32,000 bases of DNA from Thermosulfurimonas dismutans (GCF_001652585.1 NZ_LWLG01000018.1:1-32000), one strand, 5' to 3'. Numbered from the stretch's first letter, positions 15,001-23,088 are shown. The notes: a model not told the origin generated them from the sequence alone. Translations and numbers: made by a program.

Positions 15001-16000
15001 CTATCTTCGCCCCACAGTCCGGACAGGTGCCTTCAGGCGTGATCTCGTTTTTGAGAATCCTGAAACCGTACCTCTCGATGAGGAGTTTTTCACAGGACCA
15101 GCAGTAGGTATTTTCGCCCTTATCTCCGGGAACGTTTCCGGTGTATACATACTTTAGTCCCTCTTCCCGGCCGATGTAATAGGCCTTCTGAAGGATTTCC
15201 ACCGGGGTGGGCGGCCTGGTTAGAAGCTTGTAAGTGGGATAGAAGCGGGTTACGTGCCAGGGGGTCCCAGGTCCGAGCTCTTCCCGGATGAAACGAGCCA
15301 TCTCCCGTAGCTCCTCGGGATCATCATTTTCTCCAGGTATGATGAGGGTAGTGACCTCAAGCCAGACCCCCTGCCTTTTTAGATATTTCAAGGTCTCAAG
15401 CACGGGCTTCAGACGAGCCTTGCAGTGTCTATGGTAAAAGTCTTCGGTAAAGGCCTTAAGATCTATATTGGCTCCGTGGAGATGGGGATAGATAGTCTCT
15501 AAGGTCTCCGGTGTCATATAACCGTTTGAAACGAAGACGTTCTTTAATCCCCTTTCGCTCGCCAGCCGGGCGCAATCATAGGCGAACTCAAAATAGATGG
15601 TAGGTTCGGTGTAGGTGTAAGAGATGGATTTGGAGCCGGAACTTAAGGCGGCCTCAACTACCTGCTCGGCAGAGAGGTCCTCTCCTGTGACATATCCGTA
15701 GTGGCGCGGAAATTGGGAGATTTCAAAATTCTGACAGAAGTCACACTGGAGATTGCAGCCTACAGTGGCTATGGAATAACTCAAAGTTCCAGGAAGAAAA
15801 TGAAAAAGAGGCTTCTTCTCAATAGGATCTACATGGTGGGCGATAACTTTGCCGTACGCTAGGCTATAAAGCACCCCCTCCTCGTTTTTCCTGACTCCGC
15901 AGATCCCCGTCTTCCCAGGAGGTATGCGGCAACGGTGTGAACAAAGATTACATTTAACATCCCGATTGTCTAGCTTTTCGTAAAGAAGGGCTTCTCGCAT
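14984..16000 (-). CDS. AmmeMemoRadiSam-type radical SAM enzyme (PflA-like activase family)
   Basis: N-terminal CNLCSHRC...GICGVR cluster, radical SAM motif GCNLQCDFCQN and C-terminal CWSC...CPDC pair. I place the start at ATG 16000 (MREALLYEKL) with GAGG 9 nt upstream. The ORF-track extension to 16186 would run through the divergent HIT gene start. The stop overlaps the hypE start by 17 nt. Confidence 0.8.
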   Translation of the reverse strand: MREALLYEKLDNRDVKCNLCSHRCRIPPGKTGICGVRKNEEGVLYSLAYGKVIAHHVDPIEKKPLFHFLPGTLSYSIATVGCNLQCDFCQNFEISQFPRHYGYVTGEDLSAEQVVEAALSSGSKSISYTYTEPTIYFEFAYDCARLASERGLKNVFVSNGYMTPETLETIYPHLHGANIDLKAFTEDFYHRHCKARLKPVLETLKYLKRQGVWLEVTTLIIPGENDDPEELREMARFIREELGPGTPWHVTRFYPTYKLLTRPPTPVEILQKAYYIGREEGLKYVYTGNVPGDKGENTYCWSCEKLLIERYGFRILKNEITPEGTCPDCGAKIDGVWR

Positions 16001-16115
16001 TTTTGAGACCTCTTTTTCTTTTAAAATAGGCCCTATCAGGCCTTGAGGCAAGCAGTAAAATTTGGAATTATAATAAGACCAAATGGTTGGTCTGAGAGGG
16101 AAAGGAGGTGTGCGA

Positions 16116-16475
16116 ATGGCGGATTGTATCTTCTGCAAGATCATTAAAGGCGAGATACCTTCCCAAAAGGTATATGAGGACGACAAAGTTTACGCCTTTC
16201 ACGACATCAACCCGGTTGCTCCTACCCATATCTTGATTGTTCCTAAAAAACACCTGGCCGGAGTCTATGAGTTGGAGGAAGGGGACCGGGAGTTGATGGG
16301 CCACATCTTCTACGTAGCCCGGAAAATTGCCGAAGATCTAGGGTTCTCTCCGGCTCAAGATCCTACCCGCGGTTATCGTCTAGTGGTCAACTCCGGTTCT
16401 CAGGCCGGCCAGACGGTCTTTCATCTGCACGTACATCTTCTTGGTGGCCGGGAGATGACTTGGCCTCCGGGCTAG
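16116..16475 (+). CDS. HIT-family (histidine triad) nucleotide hydrolase
   Basis: CIFCKIIKGEIPSQKVYEDD N-terminus and histidine triad HLHVHLLGG. ATG 16116 lies 7 nt after SD AAAGGAGGTG. A perfect TATAAT at 16069-16074 is a candidate -10 box. Confidence 0.9.
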   Translation: MADCIFCKIIKGEIPSQKVYEDDKVYAFHDINPVAPTHILIVPKKHLAGVYELEEGDRELMGHIFYVARKIAEDLGFSPAQDPTRGYRLVVNSGSQAGQTVFHLHVHLLGGREMTWPPG

Positions 16476-17343
16476 ATTTGTGTTCATAGGGTTCAAGGTG
16501 AACAACTACATCTACCACCCTTTCATACCGGGTGAGTAGGTAGTCCTTTACTCTTTCTGAGATATGGTGCCCTTCTCTTACGGTGAGTTCGGGCTCAACT
16601 TGAATATGTAAGTCCACCAACGTATGCCCTCCGTGCTTTCTAGTCCGAACCCGATGGACGTCCTTAACGCCTTTGACTTTTAAGACTTCTCTCTTTATTT
16701 GACGTGCTTCTTCGATATCCATCCCATCGCAGAGTTCTTCTATTCCAGGACGAACAATTTGCCAGGAAGATTTGAGTATCAGAAAGGATACGATTAGTGA
16801 TCCTAGGGGATCACAAAAGGCCAGATGTGGAGATATAGAAGAAAGTCCAGCTCCTATGAGGGCGGGAAAAGAACTCAGGACGTCTGAACGGTGATGATAG
16901 GCGTTGGCTACCACCGCTGGAGAATGGGCTTTCACGCCTACTTTGAGGGTGATGCGGTATAAAAGTTCCTTTGAGACGATGGAAAGGATCGGGGCAACGA
17001 GGACGAAGGGTTTCAAAGGCGTTAAAACCTTCAGATGTTTAAAGGTTACGAAGGCCTTTCCGATAAGGCCCAAGGCTGTAACTGTCAGGACCAAACCTAT
17101 AGTTACTGAGATTAGAGTTTCAATGCGACGGTGCCCGTAAGGATGATCTTCATCTGGAGGATAACTGGCATATTTGAGCCCCAGAAGAGTTAAGAGGTCG
17201 GTAGCGAGATCTGATAGACTGTGGATGCCGTCCGCCAGAACGGCTTGACTTCGGCCCCAAAAACCTAAAAAGATCTTAAAGAGAGAAAGAAAGAGATTTA
17301 CCGCGAGACTAAGGAGTGTGATGCGGTAGAGTTCTTTTGTCAT
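16387..17343 (-). CDS. Cation diffusion facilitator (CDF) family metal efflux transporter
   Basis: Six predicted TM segments. CDF metal-site motifs LADGIHSLSDLATD (TM2) and AYHHRSDVLSS (TM5). C-terminal cytoplasmic domain ending VVHLEP. The ATG overlaps the upstream stop (ATGA). Confidence 0.9.
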   Translation of the reverse strand: MTKELYRITLLSLAVNLFLSLFKIFLGFWGRSQAVLADGIHSLSDLATDLLTLLGLKYASYPPDEDHPYGHRRIETLISVTIGLVLTVTALGLIGKAFVTFKHLKVLTPLKPFVLVAPILSIVSKELLYRITLKVGVKAHSPAVVANAYHHRSDVLSSFPALIGAGLSSISPHLAFCDPLGSLIVSFLILKSSWQIVRPGIEELCDGMDIEEARQIKREVLKVKGVKDVHRVRTRKHGGHTLVDLHIQVEPELTVREGHHISERVKDYLLTRYERVVDVVVHLEPYEHKSSPEAKSSPGHQEDVRADERPSGRPENRS

Positions 17344-18086
17344 AGTAATGTTAGTTCCAGTTCAGGGCCATAGAGACCGATTTCATCTTCTATGATACAA
17401 ATAACCCCTAAAATGTTAGGCCATTTTTGAGCCTCTGAAAGGACCTTTTTGAGAGAACGTTTGCCTTTTACCAGGTTCCCTAGAGCGGTGGCGGCCGCGT
17501 CGGCCAAGGCCGCCTCTCGAGCTACTACGCAAACGGCCTCCGCTTTTCCCAAGCTAAGACTGTGGCCTAGCTTTCCCGAGGAGGTACAAACCCCACAAGG
17601 CATAAGTTCCTCCCGGAGGCGAAGTCCGATCTTCCCAGAAAGAGGAGAGTCTCCGGCATAAATGGCTACGGTGGCCGGACGCTTCAGGGCCAAAAAGATG
17701 TCCCCACCGTTTTCTACCGCCACTTGAGAGGAAAGGCCTTCCTCAAGGATTCGCCGGCCTACGGCCTCGGCGATGGCCCCGGCCACGGAGGCCATGGGAC
17801 CCACTCCACAGGCCTTACCGGCCCAAAGCATACGTTTGGCTATTTCTGGAGCCTTAGGATCTTCTGGTAAAGGTTTGAGGCTTTTGAAGAACTCCGGGTG
17901 CTCAATAATGTAGGTCTCAAGCGGCTCTCTGATCTCCCGAACGAAGGTTAAGGTCTCCATAGTAAGATCCTTTTCGGCAAGCACGGCGATATCGGTTTCC
18001 TTGTAAACCACCCGGAAGGAAATCAGATCTTCACCGGGTTTGATCCAAGAGCGATAATGCCTTATCTCAGAGGTTTCGGCCGGCAC
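17340..18086 (-). CDS. UPF0280 / ApbE-like superfamily protein
   Basis: The family-like region starts at YRSWIKPGEDLISFRVVYKETDIAVLAE and includes GVGPMASVAGAIAE and ALADAAATALGN. There is no in-frame ATG before the conserved region. GTG 18086 (GAGGAAG about 10 nt upstream) is my preferred start. The ORF-track TTG at 18167 is the maximal alternative. Confidence 0.7.
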   Translation of the reverse strand: MPAETSEIRHYRSWIKPGEDLISFRVVYKETDIAVLAEKDLTMETLTFVREIREPLETYIIEHPEFFKSLKPLPEDPKAPEIAKRMLWAGKACGVGPMASVAGAIAEAVGRRILEEGLSSQVAVENGGDIFLALKRPATVAIYAGDSPLSGKIGLRLREELMPCGVCTSSGKLGHSLSLGKAEAVCVVAREAALADAAATALGNLVKGKRSLKKVLSEAQKWPNILGVICIIEDEIGLYGPELELTLL

Positions 18087-18624
18087 GTTTGCGGACTTCC
18101 TCGTAATAGTCTCCCCCGGAGGGGGGGTTAATGACCACCGCCGGGAAGTCTTCCACTTCAAGCTCAAAGAGGGCCTCGGGGCCGAGTTCTGGAAAGGCGA
18201 TTACCCTGGCCGCTTGGATTCTTTCCGAGAGGTAGGCTCCGGCTCCACCGAAAGTGGCCAGATAAACGGCTCCGTATTTCATAATAGCTTCCTTGACTTC
18301 AGGCCCCCGAGGCCCCTTGCCCATGGTGGCCGCCAGACCGAGTTCAAGGAGGCGTGGGGTGTAGGCGTCCATGCGATAGGCTGTAGTGGGCCCGGCTGAA
18401 CCGATCACCCTCCCCGGAGGGGCTGGAGTAGGGCCTACATAGTAGATGCACTGGTTTCGGAGGGAAACAGGCAAAGGTTCGTTATGCTCCAACATTTGAA
18501 GGAGCCTTCGATGAGTGGCGTCTCGAGCGGCCAGCACCCGTCCATAAATGGAAACTAAATCTCCGGGTTTCAAGCTTCTTAAAATTTTACGGTCTTTTAA
18601 GGGAAAAACTAATTTGGTTGACAC
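18067..18624 (-). CDS. Fe-S type hydro-lyase beta subunit (class I fumarate hydratase / L-tartrate dehydratase TtdB-like C-terminal domain)
   Basis: Collinear with TtdB/FumA C-terminal domain as I recall it: PGDLVSIYGRVLAARDATHRRL, YYVGPTP, GPTTAYRMD, MGKGPRG, ELGPEALFELEVEDFPAVV. GTG 18624 lies 8 nt after AGGAGG. The ORF-track TTG 18630 is only 1-2 nt from the SD. Confidence 0.85.
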   Translation of the reverse strand: MSTKLVFPLKDRKILRSLKPGDLVSIYGRVLAARDATHRRLLQMLEHNEPLPVSLRNQCIYYVGPTPAPPGRVIGSAGPTTAYRMDAYTPRLLELGLAATMGKGPRGPEVKEAIMKYGAVYLATFGGAGAYLSERIQAARVIAFPELGPEALFELEVEDFPAVVINPPSGGDYYEEVRKRAGRNL

Positions 18625-18643
18625 TGTCAAATCCTCCTAAGCC

Positions 18644-19447
18644 TCAATCTTCATCCTCCAAAATGCTGCCTAAAATGCCGCCCACTCCGGCACCAATTGC
18701 TCCTACCCCTGCAACCTTGCGTAGCGGAGATTCGCTGGCCTCCCGTTCTCCTCCGGCCTGGAGTTGGCGGCGAAGTTTGGAAAGGGTCATGGTCTGGACG
18801 ACCACCGTGCCCGGGCCGGTAAGGGTGGTGAGAAACAACCCTTCGCCACCGAAAAGGGCGGTTTTTATGCCACTCACAAACTGGACATCGTAGCTTACGG
18901 ATTCGTCCCAGGCCACCACGCAACCGGTGTCTACCTTTATAGTTTCCCCGGGTGCCAGTTCGAAGGTTACGAGATCGCCTCCGGCATGAATAAAAACTAC
19001 TCCATCACCGTAAAGTTTCTCTACGATGAAACCCTCGCCACCAAAAAGAGCCCCACCGATCCGCTTCTGCAAAGCAATTGAGAGTTCGATGTTACCAATG
19101 GCCGCCAGGAAGGCGTCCTTTTGGGCCAGGATGGCTTCGCCGGAAAGACCGATAGGGAGTATCCTTCCCGGGAAATCTCCGGCAAAGCCTACCTCCCCCA
19201 TCCCTTCAAAGTAAGTGAGAAAGAGACTCTCTCCGGCAAGTATCCTCTTTCCGGCTTCCATAAGTTTTCCCAGAAAGCCTTTGTCTTTCTTACCACTTAT
19301 ACGGGTCTCCATCCGCACTGTTCCCCGCAGGTAAATCATTTTCCCCGCTTCGGAAAATACAGGGTGTTCTCCGGTTTTGACCTTTAACATTTCCAGATTG
19401 TCGCCCACGATTTCATAAACCTTGGTTTGCCGCTCAAGGATCTTCAT
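18644..19447 (-). CDS. TIGR00266 / AIM24 (DUF124) family protein
   Basis: Repetitive beta-rich pattern with ALFGGEGFIVEKL and ALFGGEGLFLTTLTGPGTVVVQT typical of this family. The second ATG (19447) is preceded by GGAGGG at a 5-nt spacing. The first ATG (19459) has no SD. Gly-rich hydrophobic C-terminal tail VAGVGAIGAGVGGILGSIL followed by EDED. Confidence 0.75.
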   Translation of the reverse strand: MKILERQTKVYEIVGDNLEMLKVKTGEHPVFSEAGKMIYLRGTVRMETRISGKKDKGFLGKLMEAGKRILAGESLFLTYFEGMGEVGFAGDFPGRILPIGLSGEAILAQKDAFLAAIGNIELSIALQKRIGGALFGGEGFIVEKLYGDGVVFIHAGGDLVTFELAPGETIKVDTGCVVAWDESVSYDVQFVSGIKTALFGGEGLFLTTLTGPGTVVVQTMTLSKLRRQLQAGGEREASESPLRKVAGVGAIGAGVGGILGSILEDED

Positions 19448-19472
19448 AGAGCCCTCCATGTAAATTTACAGT

Positions 19473-19501
19473 TTGATTATACCTTTGAATCCTGGTAATA
19501 A
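19473..19501 (+). promoter_or_regulatory. Candidate promoter for the MCP gene
   Basis: -35 TTGATT (19473-19478), 17-nt spacer, extended -10 TGgTAATAA (19493-19501). SD AGAGGGAGG lies upstream of ATG 19550. It overlaps the divergent promoter back to back. Confidence 0.35.
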
Positions 19502-19504
19502 TAA
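19476..19504 (-). promoter_or_regulatory. Candidate sigma70-type promoter for the minus-strand four-gene operon
   Basis: On the minus strand: -35 TTATTA (19504-19499), 17-nt spacer, perfect -10 TATAAT (19481-19476). The predicted start lies about 10 nt upstream of the first ATG. Confidence 0.3.
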
Positions 19505-19549
19505 CTAAATAACCTCTAACAGCCAATAAAATCTGTAGAGGGAGGTTAT

Positions 19550-21127
19550 ATGGGAATAATTCGTAAACTAGAAAATTCTCTAAAACTATGGCAAAAAGTA
19601 GCTATAGGCTTTCTGATTTTAATTGTTCTTAGTCTAGTTAATCTGGGAGTGTTATTAGTCTTTCAAAACAAAGCCGAGAGACTTAATGAGAAAGCCCAGG
19701 AAGTTACTGAAATAATGGAGGCCCTAGATGGTCTTACAGCGTATCATATCCGTTGGAAGGTAAATCTCCTTACCGGACTTTTAAATGAGAGTACACCTCA
19801 AATTTTAACGAATCCAGAAAAGTGTCCGTTAAAGGAACTTTTTTCCAGGCTTGAACCTTCCTCTCCCAAAGAGGCTGAATTGATAAAGAAAGGACTCGAA
19901 CTTGACCGAGCCTTGCATCTTTCGGCTGCAGAAATTGCGAGACTCTTTGAGGAAGAAGCCGATTATGAGGATATAGTTAAGGTGTATAACGAAAGAACCA
20001 ATCCACTTTCTAAGAAACTTTTCAAGCTTCTTGATGAGATGAATGAAATCTATAAAGAAAAAGTTAAAAGAAGTGAACAAGAAGCCAAGAGGGGTATGTT
20101 GTTGGTTCGCCGGGTGGCCATAGGCGCCAATCTTTTTTTAATATTAATGGCGATTTTGACGGTCTTTTTTATTTCGAGAAGGCTTAAGATTGCTACAGAT
20201 AGAGTTCTTGCGGTCGTAGATCGTATGGCCCAAGGAGATTTCTCTCAGGATATTAAGGTCGAAGGTCGGGACGAGCTGGCCATGCTTCTTTTGCATCTGG
20301 GACAGATGTTGCAGTCTTTGCGTCCCCTTATAAGGGAGGTTACCGAAGGCACGAGAGAGGTGGAAAGCCTTGCTGGGGAGATGAGTCATCTGGCTGAAGT
20401 GGCGTATCAGGAAGGACAGGCCGCTGGTGAGCGGGCCACCCGTATGCGAAAAGAGGCCCAGGCCGTCCTTGAAAGTGTGGAGGCCGAGGCCCAGTCTATA
20501 AATGAAATTTCGTCTGCCATTCAAGAAATTAGTCAGAATACGAACCGAGCTAGTATGATTACCAAAGAAGCCGTAGAGAAGGCTCAGAGAGCTCAAGACA
20601 CCATACATCGACTGGGAGGAGCCTCTCAAGAGATCGAAGATGTCATCAAGATCATAAGTGGCATAGCGGAGCAAACCAAGTTCTTGGCCCTGAACGCCAC
20701 TATCGAGGCCGCTCGAGCCGGAGAAGCTGGCAAGGGCTTTGCGGTGGTGGCCAACGAAGTCAAAGAGCTTGCTCGTCAGACGGCGGAGGCCACGGGGCAA
20801 ATTACGGAAAAGATACGGACTATGCAAGCCGAAAGTGAAGAAGCAGTCAAAGTAGCCGATGAGATTGCCCAAACCATTAAAGAAATAGATGATATCGCTT
20901 CCGCCATCGCGGCCGCAGTCGAGGAACAGACGGCTGTGATTACCGATATTGCAAGAAGTGTAGAGGAGCAAAAGGGAGGGGCCCAAAGGTTTGCGGCCGA
21001 GGCGGAGGAGGCCTACGAAGCTGCTCAAAAGACCCTTGAGGGGATCGATCAGAGCCTAGAACACATAAGGAAAGTTGCGGCTCTAGTCAAAAAATTGGCT
21101 GAGGCGGTTTCAAGATTTAAGGTGTAA
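19550..21127 (+). CDS. Methyl-accepting chemotaxis protein (two TM helices, N-terminal sensor domain, HAMP, MA domain)
   Basis: TM1 [24 protein letters not shown]2 [23 protein letters not shown] ([24 protein letters not shown]). Highly conserved signalling hairpin [38 protein letters not shown]. Confidence 0.93.
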   Translation: MGIIRKLENSLKLWQKVAIGFLILIVLSLVNLGVLLVFQNKAERLNEKAQEVTEIMEALDGLTAYHIRWKVNLLTGLLNESTPQILTNPEKCPLKELFSRLEPSSPKEAELIKKGLELDRALHLSAAEIARLFEEEADYEDIVKVYNERTNPLSKKLFKLLDEMNEIYKEKVKRSEQEAKRGMLLVRRVAIGANLFLILMAILTVFFISRRLKIATDRVLAVVDRMAQGDFSQDIKVEGRDELAMLLLHLGQMLQSLRPLIREVTEGTREVESLAGEMSHLAEVAYQEGQAAGERATRMRKEAQAVLESVEAEAQSINEISSAIQEISQNTNRASMITKEAVEKAQRAQDTIHRLGGASQEIEDVIKIISGIAEQTKFLALNATIEAARAGEAGKGFAVVANEVKELARQTAEATGQITEKIRTMQAESEEAVKVADEIAQTIKEIDDIASAIAAAVEEQTAVITDIARSVEEQKGGAQRFAAEAEEAYEAAQKTLEGIDQSLEHIRKVAALVKKLAEAVSRFKV

Positions 21128-21144
21128 TATCATCATGAAAGGTA

Positions 21145-22542
21145 ATGAGAGAGATGCGGTATATTAGCACTCGTGGGGGCATTGCCCCTCTTTCTTTTAA
21201 GGAGACGGTTCTTACCGGCCTAGCCGAGGACGGAGGGCTTATCCTTCCGGAAAGGATACCTGTGCTTTCCGCAGAGGAGAAAAAAGCCCTTCGTGATCTC
21301 CCCTATCAAGATTTGGCCTTTAAGGTCTTTCAGTACTTTGTTACCGATATTCCGGAAGAAGATCTCCAGCGTCTAGTTAACAAGGCCTATGCGACTTTTA
21401 CCCATCCCGACATTACCCCGGTAGTGAAAAAAGGACCGGTTTGGATTTTGGAGCTCTTTCACGGGCCTACGTTGGCTTTTAAGGACGTGGCCCTCCAATT
21501 TTTGGGACACCTCTTCGAATACCTCCTTTCCGAACGTGGTGAAAAGATGAATATTTTGGGGGCCACCTCGGGGGATACGGGGTCGGCCGCCATCTATGGG
21601 GTAAGGGGGAAGAAGAACCTAGCTATCTTTATCCTTCATCCCCACGGGCGGGTTTCTCCGGTTCAGGCCCTTCAGATGACTACTGTTACCGATCCTAACG
21701 TTTTCAATTTGGCCATTAAAGGCACCTTTGACGACTGTCAGGCTATTGTGAAGCTTCTTTTCTCGGATCTTGAGTTTAAGCATCGTTATCGCTTGGGGGC
21801 CGTAAATTCCATAAACTGGGCCCGAGTATTGGCTCAGGTGGTATATTACCTCTTTGCATACTTCAGGGTTACCGAAGTTGAGGGTATAGAGGAGGTGCGG
21901 TTTTCGGTTCCCACCGGAAACTTCGGTGATATTTTTGCGGGCTATGTAGCTCGTCGTATGCTTTCCGGGGGGATAGAACGTCTGGTGCTCGCTACCAATG
22001 AAAATGATATCCTTACTCGTTTTGTTAACCATGGGGACTACTCTTTGAGAGAGGTGGTGCCCACTATAAGTCCCTCGATGGACATTCAGGTGGCTTCGAA
22101 CTTCGAACGTTACCTATATTATCTCTACGGTGAGAACCCTATTCGGGTGCGAGAAGCCATGAGTCGTTTCGCTGAAGAAAAGCGCTTAGTCTTTTCGGAG
22201 GAAGAACTTTCCAGGGTAAGGGCAGATTTCCTTTCGCTTTCGGTTAGTCAGGAGGAAACTCTTCGGACTATCCGAGAGTTTTATGAGGAGACAAGCTATA
22301 TTCTTGATCCTCACACTGCGGTGGGGGTGAGGGCTGGGCTTGCGTTTCGGGATGAACGGCCTATGATTTGTCTGGCCACGGCTCATCCGGCCAAGTTTCC
22401 AGAGGCCGTGTCTCGGGCTTTGGGATTCGAACCTCCCATTCCCGAGCCTCTTCAGGGGCTTTCCGAAAAACCTCGCAAAGTAGTTCTCTTACCTGCTGAT
22501 CCTCAAGTTGTTCGTCGTTTTATCGAGGAGAATGCTATTTAG
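21145..22542 (+). CDS. thrC: Threonine synthase
   Basis: MRYISTRGG N-terminus, PLP-lysine motif FHGPTLAFKD, GATSGDTGSAA loop. 465 aa. The start could instead be the second ATG at 21154. Confidence 0.93.
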   Translation: MREMRYISTRGGIAPLSFKETVLTGLAEDGGLILPERIPVLSAEEKKALRDLPYQDLAFKVFQYFVTDIPEEDLQRLVNKAYATFTHPDITPVVKKGPVWILELFHGPTLAFKDVALQFLGHLFEYLLSERGEKMNILGATSGDTGSAAIYGVRGKKNLAIFILHPHGRVSPVQALQMTTVTDPNVFNLAIKGTFDDCQAIVKLLFSDLEFKHRYRLGAVNSINWARVLAQVVYYLFAYFRVTEVEGIEEVRFSVPTGNFGDIFAGYVARRMLSGGIERLVLATNENDILTRFVNHGDYSLREVVPTISPSMDIQVASNFERYLYYLYGENPIRVREAMSRFAEEKRLVFSEEELSRVRADFLSLSVSQEETLRTIREFYEETSYILDPHTAVGVRAGLAFRDERPMICLATAHPAKFPEAVSRALGFEPPIPEPLQGLSEKPRKVVLLPADPQVVRRFIEENAI

Positions 22543-22545
22543 ACC

Positions 22546-22573
22546 TTGACAAAGTTTTTTAGTAGATTAATAT
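22546..22573 (+). promoter_or_regulatory. Sigma70-type promoter upstream of the Rrf2 regulator gene
   Basis: Consensus -35 TTGACA (22546-22551), 16-nt spacer, -10 TAATAT (22568-22573). It begins 4 nt after the thrC stop and lies about 30 nt upstream of ATG 22602. Confidence 0.6.
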
Positions 22574-22601
22574 TATCTTCAAAAGTTTACGGGGTTAGAT
22601 C

Positions 22602-23048
22602 ATGAAAATCACGCAGGCTGAGGATTACGGGATAAGGTGTATACTTTATCTATCGCGCTATCCGAAAAAGGTAGTCCCTCGTTGGCGGATTGCCCGTTCA
22701 ATGGATATCCCGGAGCCCTTTCTAGCTAAAATTGCTCAGGATTTGGCCCGTGCTGGAATTATAGAGATCATTAGAGGCCGCAAGGGGGGATACCGTCTCA
22801 GAATTCCTCCGGAGGAGCTTTCCGTGCTCCAAGTCATGGAGGCTATGAGTGGTGAGATGTTTCTTAGTCCGTGTGTGCTTGACCCTGAAAATTGTCGCCG
22901 CAGTCCCCTATGTCCGGTGCACGAAACCTGGAAAGAGCTTAGGAAGCTGATTCGTGATAAACTTGAGAATGCGAAGTTTTCAGATCTGGTCAAGAGAGAG
23001 TCTTGTCTAATCGACCAACGGCGTAAGAGATCTAAAAATCCTTCTTAA
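22602..23048 (+). CDS. Rrf2-family transcriptional regulator with putative Fe-S cluster ligands
   Basis: N-terminal winged helix typical of Rrf2/IscR/NsrR (AEDYGIRCILYLS...IPEPFLAKIAQDLARAGIIEIIRGRKGGYRL). Cys triad C-x6-C-x5-C followed by His (SPCVLDPENCRRSPLCPVH). Confidence 0.9.
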   Translation: MKITQAEDYGIRCILYLSRYPKKVVPRWRIARSMDIPEPFLAKIAQDLARAGIIEIIRGRKGGYRLRIPPEELSVLQVMEAMSGEMFLSPCVLDPENCRRSPLCPVHETWKELRKLIRDKLENAKFSDLVKRESCLIDQRRKRSKNPS

Positions 23049-23088
23049 AGGGGGGTGATATTTATGAAAGTATAACGTTTTTATGCCT

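Noticed and set aside
16001-16186. 62-codon N-terminal extension of the radical SAM ORF, and the 11-codon extension of the HIT ORF (16083-16115).
   Set aside because: The extensions would make the two divergent genes overlap head to head and have no family-like sequence. The internal ATGs at 16000 and 16116 both have well-spaced SD sequences.
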